DNA of 64,000 nt from Octopus sinensis (Eukaryota): contig NC_043001.1 of NCBI RefSeq assembly GCF_006345805.1, positions 124,558,001 to 124,622,000 of the forward strand, written 5' to 3'. Every line of letters starts with the position of its first letter. The stretch's first letter is position 1. A program made the translations under genes and the position numbers. The notes under the pieces were generated by a model. That model was not told the DNA's origin. It saw only the letters and a list, made by a program, of their open reading frames with translations, and made no database searches. Below, one piece after another: positions 1-13,045 of the stretch.

Positions 1-373
1 TTTATCTTTTACTTAATTCAGTCATTAAACTCTGCGACAATGCTGGGGTTACCACCTTAAAGAAGTTTTAGTCGAACGAATCAACCCCAGTACTTTATTT
101 TTTGGTATTTGTTCTTATCGGTGTTTTATGTTCTACCACTCGATGTAAGCGAATCCACACCGGTCACCAAGAAGCGGTGGGGGACAAACACTGACACAAA
201 GACATAAATACATTGATAATTATATGGGTAGATATAAACGACGGTCTCCTTTCAGTTTCCGTCTGCCAAATCCACTCACCAGGTTTAGGTCAGCCCGAGG
301 TTACAGTACGAACTGGACCCAGAATCATGTGGTTGGGAAGCAAGCTTCCTGATACACAGTCAAGCCTGCACCT
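1..373 (-). mobile_element. tRNA-derived SINE (OK-like octopod family), degenerate
   Basis: Reverse complement of the copy at 5804-6225: 'tttcagtttccgtctgccaaatccactcac...gaatcatgtggttgggaagcaagcttcc' plus the tail 'cagtcatt...tgctgggg'. Confidence 0.8.
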
Positions 374-539
374 ACATATTTAAAAACAGTTGGTATACTT
401 ACTTTATATGTGAAAGCCCCAAAGGAAATTCACTAGTTCTGAATACATGAAATAAATAAGCGAGAAGCATCAATTGGGGAGAATGTATGTCAATGCGCCA
501 GTTATTGCTTTAGTTTTTTTTTTTTGGGGGGGGGGCTCC

Positions 540-2165
540 TGAAGTGAATGTAGGGTTACCACCTTTTATTTTCTGTGTCTTTTCAACACACTACCTGCGT
601 GAGCAGGGTTGTGCTTTTCTGAATTCCCCCACTTTAGGGGCGAATTATTTTATCCTTTCTCTTTTTGTGTAAAATTCTTACACATGGATACCGAACCGGA
701 AAACAAGATGCAGGCAATCCTTTTAGACGAACTCTATCAGGTAATGTTCCCGTCCCTCTCAAGTCGCGAAACAGGGGAAAAGAAGGATTACCCGAACAAG
801 AAATACCAAAAGAAACAAAAAAGTAATCACAAAGTTAACTTTGCGTCTGTAGCCGGTATCACGAGCGAAATAGTGCAGGTCGGTCCAGACGAACTGGAGA
901 AATACAAGTGTTTAATACAAAAGGAGGGAACCAATGTAAGACTGACTCCACCTCCGAAGTGATACACATCAAAAAGAGGCAAAACTTTGTCGCTAAAAAC
1001 GAAAAATTTGAAATGACTACTAAAGAAGCAATCGAAAAATGCTTACAGCCGATAGCAAAATATAACATACATAGCCAGCGGAAAGCGCTTCAGAACTGTC
1101 GAAACGAGGTTCGCTTCCAAAGAAGAAACCAAGAAGCATTTGACAACTTCCCTTAAGTCAACAGAACTAGTGCTGCTGCCAACATATTTAGGCAAGTGGA
1201 CATCAAAAATCAAAACAGGGGAGATCCCACCGGAGATCGACGTGGTGTGGCTGATGGCAGCTCTACAGTTAAACTTGGAGGATAAAATCAATATCCTTCA
1301 AGTCACCAAGCTGTACCAGCAGAACTGGTGGGGGCCAAGGTCTGGAACTGGTCATCCAGGCCATCCAGCGCAATCTGGAAGAATTGCCAGATCAAATTTT
1401 ACTGCCGGACGAAACTACATTAAGAGTATTAGTGGAGGGGCGAAAGCCAAGTTGCTACAAGTGCGGCATGAAAGGGCATATTAAAACCGCATGCCCACAA
1501 GACCAAGCGCCAATAGCACCCCCTATAGCAAGTAAACCTCCGCAAACCCGACAAAGCTACAAGAACCCAATAAGAGATGACTAATGCCACGACAAAACAA
1601 CACACATCAGTAATAGCGCGAGAAGAGACAAAGCAACAAAAGAGAAATGCCCCAGAAAAAAAAGTTCTCACCGCATCTGAAGAAGTGGAGAGCGACTGGA
1701 AGGAGGTCAAAAAAAGATGCAAGAGGATGAATATCTCCCACACACCTATACACATGCATGCACCCCCTCCCCACACAGACACGAAAAACTTAAAAACCCG
1801 ACCCATTTCACCCAGATACAGTAATAAACGTAATCGCATTCAACACGAACAACAGCAACTTAGTATAACTGATGAATAAAAATGAATATATCACCCCTTA
1901 TGCAGCCCCAACACACTCAAACATACCGGAATATATAAAATTTATATACATAGACAATATCTCATACACAAACTTAAAAGAAAAATGCTCAAATGACATC
2001 GGACCATTATAGAGAACTTTTACAAAACATCTTTACACATATTTCAAAAGAAATACACCACAATCCACATATAATCCATTCACACAAGACATATCACCGC
2101 CAAGAACACCCAGAAAAAAACTACCCAAGCTAAACATACGACATTGACGTACACCTCCTTCGGAA
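540..2165 (+). mobile_element. L1/Tx1-type non-LTR retrotransposon 5' part: frameshifted ORF1 (gag-like, CCHC knuckle) and first codons of an ORF2
   Basis: Overlapping ORF pieces 609-1879; zinc knuckle CYKCGMKGHIKTAC (CX2CX4HX4C) at 1453-1494; A/C-rich strand; degenerate KLNI-TL-NV..LR endonuclease-like start at 2127-2165. Confidence 0.65.
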
Positions 2166-2460
2166 AGAGAGCTTTGAGCTCGGGAATTGTCATTTTCTAT
2201 AGTTTTCTTCTCTCATAAATAAGGTCAAATTTTCATTTTCATTTGTTGAGTATGACTGTGATATGATTCAATGGTATCTAAACCAAGATATTATGTCTCA
2301 TGGAGGAAGGAAAGCTCTGGGTAATATGTTTCCTGAGAGGGAGGTATGAAGGGAAGGTTTGAATGTCAGATATTGAGTGTTTTTAAACGTGTGTCTTGTA
2401 CTAGAAGGTTTGAAGGTTTATACCAATAGCTTTTTTCATCATTTGCTATATATATGCTAA

Positions 2461-5400
2461 ATGGATGACCTAATTATACCCATTATGTTCAATCAACTGT
2501 ATGATCATTCCAAAAGATAGGATGTTTTGCATTTTGTGAAAGCCCAAAAATATAAAAACTACTTCTTGCATGATACCCACTTTTTGAAAGAAAAATAACC
2601 TCTTATTAGAAGTGAATGGGGGCACTATATAATAGTCATAATGGACACTCAACTGGAGTTACCATCTTGTGTTTTAGTAATATTGACTATAAGGTACATG
2701 ACAATTTCAGGGATGGTAAAGGCAATCTCCTGATGTTAAGTTTTACTATTTGTGAGAGAAGGATAACTTTAGTTAACTTATATGGTCCCAATGCAGATGA
2801 ATCGCAGGTTTATGCTGTGGTGATGGATAAAGTGAAAACCTTTGGAAAATCCCATTGTATTATAGCTGGGTATTTTAATCTTTGTCTGCAGCAGTGTTTA
2901 GACACTTCCAACTATCAACATATAAATAATCCTAACGCCAGAAAGGAAGTGATCGATATGATAGGGGTCCTCGATCTTGTAGATGTTTGGGGAGAACATA
3001 ACCCAGAAACACAAGGCTATACATGGAAACGTTCAGAGCCCATTAGACAAGCAAGCCTAGATTTCTTTCTGGTGTCACTGAATTTCTATTCATTTATTTG
3101 CAGTATTCTATAAAGGTTGGGTACAGATCAGAACATTCTCTTGTAGACATTAAAATAAAATTTCCCGAGAAAGACGGCCGTAATGAACATATTGGAAATT
3201 TAATAACTTCCTCTTAAGAGATCCAAAATACATCTCATTGGTGAAGGGAACTATTAATAGTGTTGTCAAGCAATATGCCCCCTCCTTAGAACCTAATAGA
3301 AATATTACTACAGTTAATATGCTTGCGATTGAATTTATTGAAAGTAATCAGTTGTTTTGGTGGAACTCTGTTAATGGAAATTAGAGGAAAATCTATTTCA
3401 AACTCTTCATTAATAAGAACAGTCTAGAGTGAAAAAAATAACAAGATCTACTAGATTATATTAAGTAAATTGAAACCAATTTTGTAGAAATTAAGAAACT
3501 GGAGAAACAAAGAATAGAATTAGAAGAGATTCGTAATACAAAAATGGGGAGCATTATAATTTCTCACGGGCTAAGTGGATAGATCAAGTGGAGAGATTAG
3601 TCATTATTTTTTGCAAATTAGAAAATATGAATTTTTTAAGCAAAGGCATGACCCAGTTAGAGCTAGACAATGGATCTACTGTAGAAAATACAAAGGATTT
3701 TGTTCTTGAAGCAACATCATTTTACACATGCTCCTTGGAGTATGTGTTGAAAGAGTATGACCTTGATGAACTTTTTTTCTGAAGGGGACTTGTATAGGCT
3801 TAGTAAGGGAGATTCTGACTCATTGGAAGGCCCAATAACTCATGAAGAACTTTTAGAATGTTTGAAAAGGCAAAGAATAATATAAGTCCAGGTTTGGATG
3901 GGTTCAAATATGATCTTTATAAATTCTTTTGGAAAGATTCATCTGTTTTTGTTGAGGTCATTCAATTATAGCTTTGCTAAGGGTTTTATGCCAGTGACAC
4001 AGAGGCAAGGTATTATTATTTGTATTCGAAAAGGAGATAAGCCCAAGCTTTTCTTGAAGACCTGGAAACCTATTTCACTTCTTACTACTGCCTACAAACA
4101 TCTCTCATATGTTATTGCTGAGCGGTTCAAAAGTATCCTTACAAAGTTGGTTAGTATTAATCAAACAGGATTAATATCTAACAGATACATTGGCGATAAC
4201 ATAAGACTGATATACGATTTGATGAACCACACAGAATCAAATGATATACTTGGAATGTGGTTTTTAATAGATTTTGAGATGACATTTGATTCTGTCATAT
4301 GGTCATTTATAAACAAGACATTAGCTTTTTTGGTTCTGGTGATGACATCTGTAAGTGGTTTAATATTCTGTACAATAGTGCTAGATCTTGTCTCACTATT
4401 AATAGTACATTGTCTCCTTGGTTTCCTGTTGAGCGGGGCTGTAGGCAGGGTGATCCTTTCTCTCTATATACTTTCATCCTCTGTGTCGTGGTCCTGGGAG
4501 GTCTTATACGAAAGAACAGAGATATTAAAGGAATTACTGTTGATAATGGGGAGTATCTGTTGACGCACTATGCAGACGATACAGAGTTCCTTTTAGATGG
4601 TTCACAAGAGTCTTCTGAAACTGCAGTTGACACTTTGAACTTTTACGCTGATATATCCGGACTTGAAATTAATTATGATAAGTCTCAATTGATATGGATA
4701 CGTGCAAGAAGGAGCAGCTCAGTCAGACACTTACCTAATTTAAATAAACAATGGAACCTAGATCACTTCAAGCTTCTGGGTGTAATATTTTCAATAGAGT
4801 TAATGGTTGTGGCTAAAAAGGATTTTGAAAATAAATTATTTGAGATTCAAAGTAAAAATCAACAGATGGATGAAAAGATTAATTACACAGACTGGTAGAA
4901 TTGTTGTTATAAAGTCACTGCTCATTTCGAAATTGAACTATCTCTTCCTCACTCTCCCAAATCCACCGGGTAAATTTCTCCAGGAATTAAACAAAGTATT
5001 ATTTAAATTTCTCAACAGTGGAAAACCTGATAATTTTAAGAGAGTTGTTGCTTGTAAGCCTGTCAAAGAATGTGGGCTTGGTATGGTGGAAGCTTCTGCT
5101 TAAGTCAGCTCTTCAAGGCTATTCTGGATGAGAAAGTTGTTAGATATTAATTATGAATTGAAATGGAAACATTTGTGCTTTGCCTATTCCCCAAAACTAA
5201 AAATTTTAGCTGTATTTGGTAACGTTTTTCCGGGTAAACTGGCCAAGGATATCAAGAGTGATTTTTGGCATGATAGTATTTCTGCTTTTGATAAGTATAC
5301 AAATAAGACAGAACCTAATTCATTTGATGAATTCATAACAGAACGAATTTACTATAATAAACACTTAAAAGTTGGTAAAGAGGTAATCTTTTTTTTCGCG

Positions 5401-6979
5401 TGGTTTGAGAGAAGTGTTAGATAGATTCGTGGTTTTTTGTCAACTTATGGATCATATTGCACCCCTGAATTCCAGAAATCTTTCGAATTAGGTACACATT
5501 TTCTTCCGTATAGTTGTCTTATCAGGGCAATTTAAGGCTACCAAGGAAGGCTAAAGATAAACAAACCTACATCATTTCAGCAATTACATGATAATAAAGC
5601 TTTCCGAAGGCTCATGTCTGTTAAGAAAGGAGCCAAACGGTATTACTATGTCTTAAGCACAGTTAATGTTTGCTTGAAATTCAAACATAAACGGGAAGAG
5701 TTTATGCTTGCTGAACTGAAATAGGAAAATGTATTTGTACTACATGTAAAGACGTCAACAGATACTAAATTGGAATGGTTCCAATGCAGAATTATACATA
5801 GTCGCAGGAGTGGCTGTGTGGTAAGTAGCTTGCTAACCAACCACATGGTTCCGGGTTCAGTCCCACTGCGTGGCATCTTGGGCAAGTGTCTTCTGCTATA
5901 GCCTCGGGCTGACCAAAGCCTTGTGAGTGGATTTGGTAGACGGAAACTGAAAGAAGCCCGTCGTATATGTATCTATATATCTATATGTATGTATGTGTGT
6001 GTGTTTATGTGTCTGTGTTTGTCCCCCTAGCATTGCTTGACAACCGATGCTGGTGTATTTACGTCCCCGTCACTTAGCGGTTCGGCAAAAGAGACCGATA
6101 GAATAAGTACTGGGCTTACAAAAAATAAGTCCCGGGGTCGATTTGCTCGACTAAACGCGGTGCTCCAGCATGGCCGCAGTCAAATGACTGAAACAAGTAA
6201 AAGAATAAAAGAAAAGAATAAAAGAATGATATTTTAACAACTAATTCTCTCCTATTTAAGATCAAATTAGCTGAAAGCAACCTGTGCACCCTTTGTCAAC
6301 GTGAAGTAGAGACAATAAAAGCAACCTGTGCATCTTTTATCAAAGTGAAGTAGAGATAATATCACACCTGTTTTGGTATTGCGAACACGTACAAGCCTTT
6401 TGGCAATTCTTCCTACATCTGCTACATGAAAAATACCTGCAAGTTCGCAACATAAACTTTGATCCACAGCTTATTGTATTCGGGTTAATAAAGGATGCAT
6501 ATACTGATGGCATCCTTGACCTGCTAATATTACTAGGAATTTTTTTTATATATATATAAAAGCAAAGTATCAAAAACCACTCTTAGCCTCAAACATTTTA
6601 GATACTTTGTTCAGGACAGGTATCTTATTTAAAAAAAAAAACATATCTTACAATAAAAGTAAGCAAGATGAGTTTTACAAAATAAGTGGATGCTCTTCCA
6701 TGAGTTTGCAAACATGAAGTGGTCCTCTATTGTTACTTCTTGCAGAACCACAAGAGCATACTGTAACTATAAAAATTTTATGAGTGGTTGGCGAATGAAT
6801 GTGTAGTAGTGTCTAGTCTTTTTAATTCTCTTTTTCTTCTTTTTCTCGCTTCTCTTCTTTAAGAGAGAGAAAACTCATGTTCCCCATTTATTTTTATACA
6901 AGACTTCACATTCCCTTAACTGTGCTGTCTTCAATTATAACAGAGAAAACAGGAAATAAAAAATGTTGATTGAAAAAAA
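2461..6979 (+). pseudogene. L1/Tx1-clade LINE ORF2 (APE endonuclease, reverse transcriptase, C-terminal zinc finger) plus 3'UTR, inactivated
   Basis: MDDL..KR*DVLHF..HDTHF..IRSEWG at 2461; NLYGPN, AGYFN, LDFFLVS (APE); SPGLDG, WKPISLL, RGCRQGDP, YADD (RT); CTLCQREVETI..HLFWYC after the SINE insertion; AATAAA and A-run at ~6955-6979. Many stops and frameshifts. Confidence 0.9.
5804..6225 (+). mobile_element. tRNA-derived SINE (OK-like), full length, inserted in the LINE ORF2
   Basis: Head with A/B-box-like 'gtggctgtgtggtaag...ggttccgggttcagtccc', internal (TA/TG)n, tail 'gcggtgctccagcatggccgcagtcaaatgactgaaac' + (AAGAATAA)n. The LINE frame QCRIIH / ILTTNSLL resumes on both sides. Confidence 0.9.
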
Positions 6980-7004
6980 TTCATAGTTCTTTCAGAAATA
7001 TTCA

Positions 7005-7176
7005 CACACATGCGCACATGCACGCTCATACACACACATATGCACAAATTCACGAAACACACACACACACACACAAACACAAACATACATATATACATAC
7101 TTACCTATACGTACCTATGTATATATAAATATATATCAATACACACACAAACACACGCACGCACACACACACACAC

Positions 7177-7210
<34 letters not shown>
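7005..7210. repeat. compound (CA)n/(TA)n microsatellite
   Basis: Directly visible. Confidence 0.95.
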
Positions 7211-7455
7211 TAAGGTATGTAGAAAAATACAACATGGACAAGAACGTATAACTCATAGAAGACGATACAATAAACATGGACAGGACATTCGAACCCCTCA
7301 GTCTTCAGTCAAGAACCGGATCATCGTAGTAATTTCGGCTGATTAATATATTATATTATATATATATATATTATATTATAGATATATATATATATATGTA
7401 TGTAATTACAACTAACGTAGGATAAATTTTTCTCGAAAAAAAATTTTATCAATGG

Positions 7456-7496
<41 letters not shown>

Positions 7497-8179
7497 AAAT
7501 GAGACAATTAAGAATGTTCAAGTTTCTATAAGTTTCTACTTATGTGTTTACTCTACTGCCTAATGTGATAGTGTGGGTAGAGAAATCAGAGAGAAAGAAA
7601 GGAATTTACATCGATATACGCACGCACACATGTACATATATGTGTGTGTATGCATTATTAAATAGGCCTGCGTGCTTGTGTATTTAAACCTGTAGGCATG
7701 TATGCATATATATACCCATACACACATACATATACATGTATATACATATACACACATATGTATGCCTGCATACACATGCATATACAAACATACGTATACA
7801 CACAAAGCCATTCGGAAACACACAAAGACTCTTAACTTTATATAAACATTTATTGTTTTGTAATATTGTGCCAACATTCTTGTTGCTCAAAATTGTGACC
7901 TAGTCACAGGCAAAATTCGTGCTGCAGTGATCAGGTCTCGGTTTCGAACGGCAAAAATTTCGACATATTACAAACGATAAATGTTTCAGTAAAGATAATG
8001 GTCTTTGAGTGCCTCTACTTCCACAATGCAGTCGTTTTAGTTTCAGGACATGACCTGAGATCAAAGCATTTACCATGCAAATATATCCCTGATTAGAATA
8101 TGGAACGATAGATAATCAAAGTTACTCTGTGTTAATGTGTTTTTTTTGCATAAACGACAGATCTAAAATTTTGGTGGAA

Positions 8180-8300
8180 ATGTATTAGTCGATACCATCA
8201 ACTTAACTGCTTCTTTATTTTTTCGATTCAAAATGATGAAAAGCAAAGTTCACCTCTGCAGATTTGGAATCCTGAAGGTATAATATCGGGTAAAATACCT
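8180..8300 (-). mobile_element. degenerate SINE of the Nin/Deu-domain-like family
   Basis: 'tttttcgattcaaaatgatgaaaagcaaagttcacctctgcagatttggaatcc' is a decayed reverse complement of the 54545 copy. Confidence 0.5.
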
Positions 8301-9559
8301 CTAGGTGTTTAGTATGACATCCCCTAACTTCTCTGTCGATCAATCACTTATAAACGACATTATGCATTGATAAACACGAAGTAATACAATGATTAATTTC
8401 TGTTATCAATATAAAATATATTTACTAGTGGAACTTTATGTGCGCTAAGGAGTAACTCGAAACGGATGATTCACTCGGAGAGGCAATATTCATATAAAAA
8501 AAATATTAACTCTACATTATAATGCATATTGAGTATTTTATTGAACAGTGGTCTTCGTAGTAATACAACTAAGCACTTCATATGTGTGTGTGTCTGTATG
8601 TGTGTGTGTGTGAGAATTTCTTTATGATAGGTTGTGTATATTTATGTACCTGAATGCCATAATATAAGCTAAAACATAAGCAACATTATTATCTACTTAG
8701 CTTACATTGAGTTGCTTCCTGTGTATTTTATTGTTTTTCCACTTTCTTCCAATATCAGATAAGTGTCTATTCTGTTCACAGAAACCTCTTAACAATCATC
8801 GCAATTCTAAATTTTTTCTTACTAATTCGTGTCTTATCTTTTCCTCTTTTTTTTTAATGTTTGATGAATCAATGCATCTTTCTTTTTTCTTTTTTTTTTA
8901 TCTTATTCTTTATAAACTGCATGCTGTCGTTTTTTTTTTTTTGTTTTTTTTTTGAAGTTGTTGCTAATGTTACTGCTACTGTGTATTATGATGTTATTGT
9001 TTTAAGCAGTTGTATGGAATTAAGATACATGGAATGGCAAGGCATGACAGCTCTGAGATGCTGTGGGGCTTTCGTTGTTTCATTTTTTTGCTTTTTTTAT
9101 TTTTTTAATTTTTTTTTGTGAAATGGTTGTGGATAACTTTTGCACGTGAAGCCATGTGTATAGCAAAGAGAAGCGTGCGTGCGTGCGTGCGTGCGTGTGT
9201 GTGTGGGGGGGTGATAGGCGTCTGTGTGTCGTGTGGTTTAGTAGAAAGATGTGTTGAATTGTAAAGTAGAATCTAACGCACCATAAAATTAATTATTGCT
9301 GTTAACGAGGATTGCATATTTGCATTAACATCTAGTTAAGGTGTCAGCAGTTCAGTGCTATTGTGTATTGTTATGATTGGAAGAAAAATTACGTCGCCCC
9401 GTTTAACGCTACCACTGGCACTTTGCTGCTTTTACGGAATACGCTTTCTTGGAAGCGCTTGATTTAGCTCCCCGGCATGAGGATAACTTCCTCCTTTGCC
9501 TGGCGAAAAAAAGACATATTTATTAGAGAGTAGGATAAAATATTCTTGTGTTGTACGTT

Positions 9560-9740
9560 TTTGTTGTCTGCTCTCGGAGTTCAAATCGCGAGGTAAAGTT
9601 TGCTCTTCATCCTTTCAGAGTCAATAAGATGAAGCAGCGGTCTAGGATAGTGGAGTGGCTGAATTATGGGAGAATTAGGAAAACATTGGATGAGCTGCTC
9701 TGCGGGATTTGTTCTAGCTTTTGGCGCTCTGATTTCTTGT
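9560..9740 (+). mobile_element. degenerate SINE fragments (Nin/Deu-domain-like family)
   Basis: 'ggagttcaaatcgcgaggtaaagtttgctcttcatcctttcagagtcaataa' matches the core of the 54545 copy. Confidence 0.45.
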
Positions 9741-9973
9741 TTACTAGGATTAAATAAGCCACCCGATTTAAGATCACCATCCGGTTTAAGAACAACACCA
9801 TCATCTATCTCCCCACTCTCTCTGCCTCCTTTCTCTGTCTCTCCGTCTTTCTCTCACTCCTCTTTCTCTCTCTCACTCTCTCTCTCTCCCTTCTCTCTCA
9901 GCCATTCTTTAACCTGAACATCAGAACATCACTCCGCTAAATTTATTGTTTCCTCTACCTCACGTCATGGATG

Positions 9974-10024
<51 letters not shown>

Positions 10025-10136
10025 TTCTCTCTTTTCCTTTCTCCCTCTCTCAGTCTCATTCTTCGCCTTATCCTCTTTTACTCTCTCATTTTTCTTTCTC
10101 TTCTCTTACCTTTCAACTAAGCACGTGAAAGCGTTA

Positions 10137-10500
10137 CCGACGGGCTAAGTCACGCAACGTCAAGCAGAATAAATTTACCAGTTTCCAACAGATGTCAGCA
10201 GAAGTGTCCTCACTTTTCTCTGATTCACCTGGTATTGATTTCTTCATTTGCTGGCTCCAGAAATCAGGGAAATACTCATGGATTTTCCAGACCAATGTGA
10301 TTGACGCCATGAAAATTCCTCTTGAAACATCGTAAGTCAACACCTCTGGAAAATGTATGAGGAAGGAGAAAATTCCAATGGTCGGACGATCAGGAAAGAA
10401 ATGTCTAAATACTATTACTAGTGCTAGGCCTGGCTAGATACAAAAATGCTGATCAAAGGCGGAGAGACGTATTGGACGGGAATGCCTGAGAGGAGGTGGC
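10137..10500 (+). mobile_element. Tc1-like transposase relic (N-terminal/HTH region)
   Basis: Plus-strand reading RRAKSRNVKQNKFTSFQQMSAEV, then FQWSD and RRIGRECL..RGGG-like pieces reminiscent of Tc1 motifs; heavily decayed. Confidence 0.35.
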
Positions 10501-11994
10501 ATGCACCCAGGCAATTCTAAAGAATTTGAGTTGCCGTGTGGTAGGGCTGAATGTAATTTCGAAATAACTCTAAACGCCAGCTGCAATTTAGAGATCATTT
10601 GTCATCCATTCGATACCGGAAGGAAGCCAAACGAACAGAGAAGCATTTACGAAATCGCTCAACCTGCTAGAAATAACAAACGAATCTTCTTCAAATTTCA
10701 ATGCAGTTTTCCATTTTATTTTGCATTTAGTGATAAAATCAATTTCACATCTTTTCTAAATTCGATTTCTTTTAATACATCAAAGAAGACAATAAATAAT
10801 AAGTAGATATGTGTTAGATAGGAGGTATCATGGAAATAACGATTTAAATCAAGAGAAAAGGAATATCACTCATAAAATCACGAACAATAAATGTAAGGAC
10901 ATATAAAACACGTTAGCATTAAAAATATTTCGAAGTTCAATATCAGGCGTAAAGATGTTACGGCCGAGAACTTACTACAGAGGTTCAATGCACAAAGGAT
11001 GATCTTCCTCAAAACACGTATAAATACAGCAAATGTTTGAAATCTTGTAAAGCAGTCATGGATATTAAGCAGTAGCAGATGAATTAGATGACACCAGTCA
11101 GAAAGCAACACAGCATATACGAGTTCGTATTCTTGAGAGATACGTTGAGAACACCGTGAATCTCTTCGCTGTCAAGGAAATATGTTTAGAAAGTTTCAGA
11201 GGAACTAATTTTGCTCTCTTTGCAATCCTTTCAACAATCCGGGACCCCGTTTCCCTCAATGTAAAACACAACGCTTACATAACCTGGATGTGAATGGAAT
11301 TATAATGGAAGACAAAGAAACTAGCCAACTGGAAAGACTTTGGTCGGTAGCAAAAACCAACTGCTAGACTCTGCAAATATTGAGAAAAGAGCATTTATTT
11401 AGAAAAATAATAAATCTTTAATTTGACATATTCGCATTAAATTTTTGTTTCAGTATGAAAGCATAACCGATGCTTTTGCGCTCACTTTTAGGAACAATTT
11501 GAAATATTCATAATCTGTCCAGTTCTATGGTGATGAAAATAGAATTATATGAATAAAAATTCTATTTTACTTCATCATAATTGCCATGATTTAAAACATT
11601 AAATTCCTTTGAAAATCCTTTTACAGAGACCTAGCTACTATTTCAGACATGCTAGTTCAATACACAGCTCTGCATGCGGAACTAAGCAGTCGAAATTAAA
11701 GACAACCGGAATATTGGTACAGAGGTAAGGTGTATATCTCGAAAGCCAGGAGGGACAGAGCTAAGATCTTAAACGTTGAAGTTTTGGGGAAAATTACTCA
11801 GGATTGTATTCTCCGTATTTTCCTCACAGAATTCCCAACAAATTTTCATTAAAAAATGGAAAACCCCAAAATTGTGGTGAAGAGGATAATATTTGAAATT
11901 TTGAAAGTTGTTTGGAACGAAATATTTATAACTAAAAGGAAACAATAAATATGGTCACTATAACGCTTAGCAGTATAGCTATGATATACACTCC

Positions 11995-12026
<32 letters not shown>

Positions 12027-12333
12027 CAAATACTCCTGTCACAACCTGGGGCCTTGAAGACTACTATAACGCATGAAAGTATACTAGTTCCTTAATATTT
12101 TATATTCAACGTTTCATCTATTCAATAAGACAATCAATACTTCATTTCATTTTACTATATATATATTATTTATAGTATATATTCTATATTCTACATTAAT
12201 ATTTTAAAGAATATAAATAAAACATAAAAACAGAGTTGGAATTTCTTTGAATAATATATATCCCTCTATACACAATCATACAAACCCCTTTTTATTTATA
12301 TATATCTATATATAGATAGATAGAGAGATAGAC

Positions 12334-12383
<50 letters not shown>

Positions 12384-12729
12384 GGTTGTATGTGTATGTA
12401 TATGCACATGTGTATGTGAACGTGTATGTGTTTTTGTGTTTATAAAACAAGTGTGGAGACAAATTTTCACGCTCATTCAATGGATTCTGGATTTTTCTCC
12501 ATATTTGTAGTGTGTGCTCAAAGTATTGATATGTAAATAACAGCAAGAAATATAGATTACTAATTTATTTGCTTATCACACGTGGATGCTTTGAATAATC
12601 ATCGAGCACTCGATGTTTCAGACATTAGTCATAAGCCGGGATCAATAAACTACATTGCACAAAACACAAACACGTGAAAACATACACACACACACACACG
12701 GACACACACTCACACACGCACACATATAC

Positions 12730-12765
<36 letters not shown>

Positions 12766-13012
12766 GCGTATTTGCGTTCTAAAATTTGCATACGAAATCT
12801 ATATCTTATTCAAACATAATAAGCTAATAAAGAAACTTGTCAGGCATTTGCAAAAGTTTTACAGTTATGCGATAAAAATTTATTGTTTTCAATATATATA
12901 TAGATATAGATATATATATATATATAGATATAGATATAGGTATAGATATATACATACATATATATATATAATATATATATATATATAATATATATATATA
13001 TATATAGATATA

Positions 13013-13045
<33 letters not shown>

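Noticed and set aside
7212-7350. Minus-strand 'ctgaagactgaggggttcgaatgtc' as a hammerhead
   Set aside because: No stem II pairing and no GAAA; left as an unclassified interspersed repeat.
10880-11400. Possible RTE endonuclease relic (TINVRT.., PFNNP, KHN)
   Set aside because: Only scattered short motifs; too decayed to support by eye.
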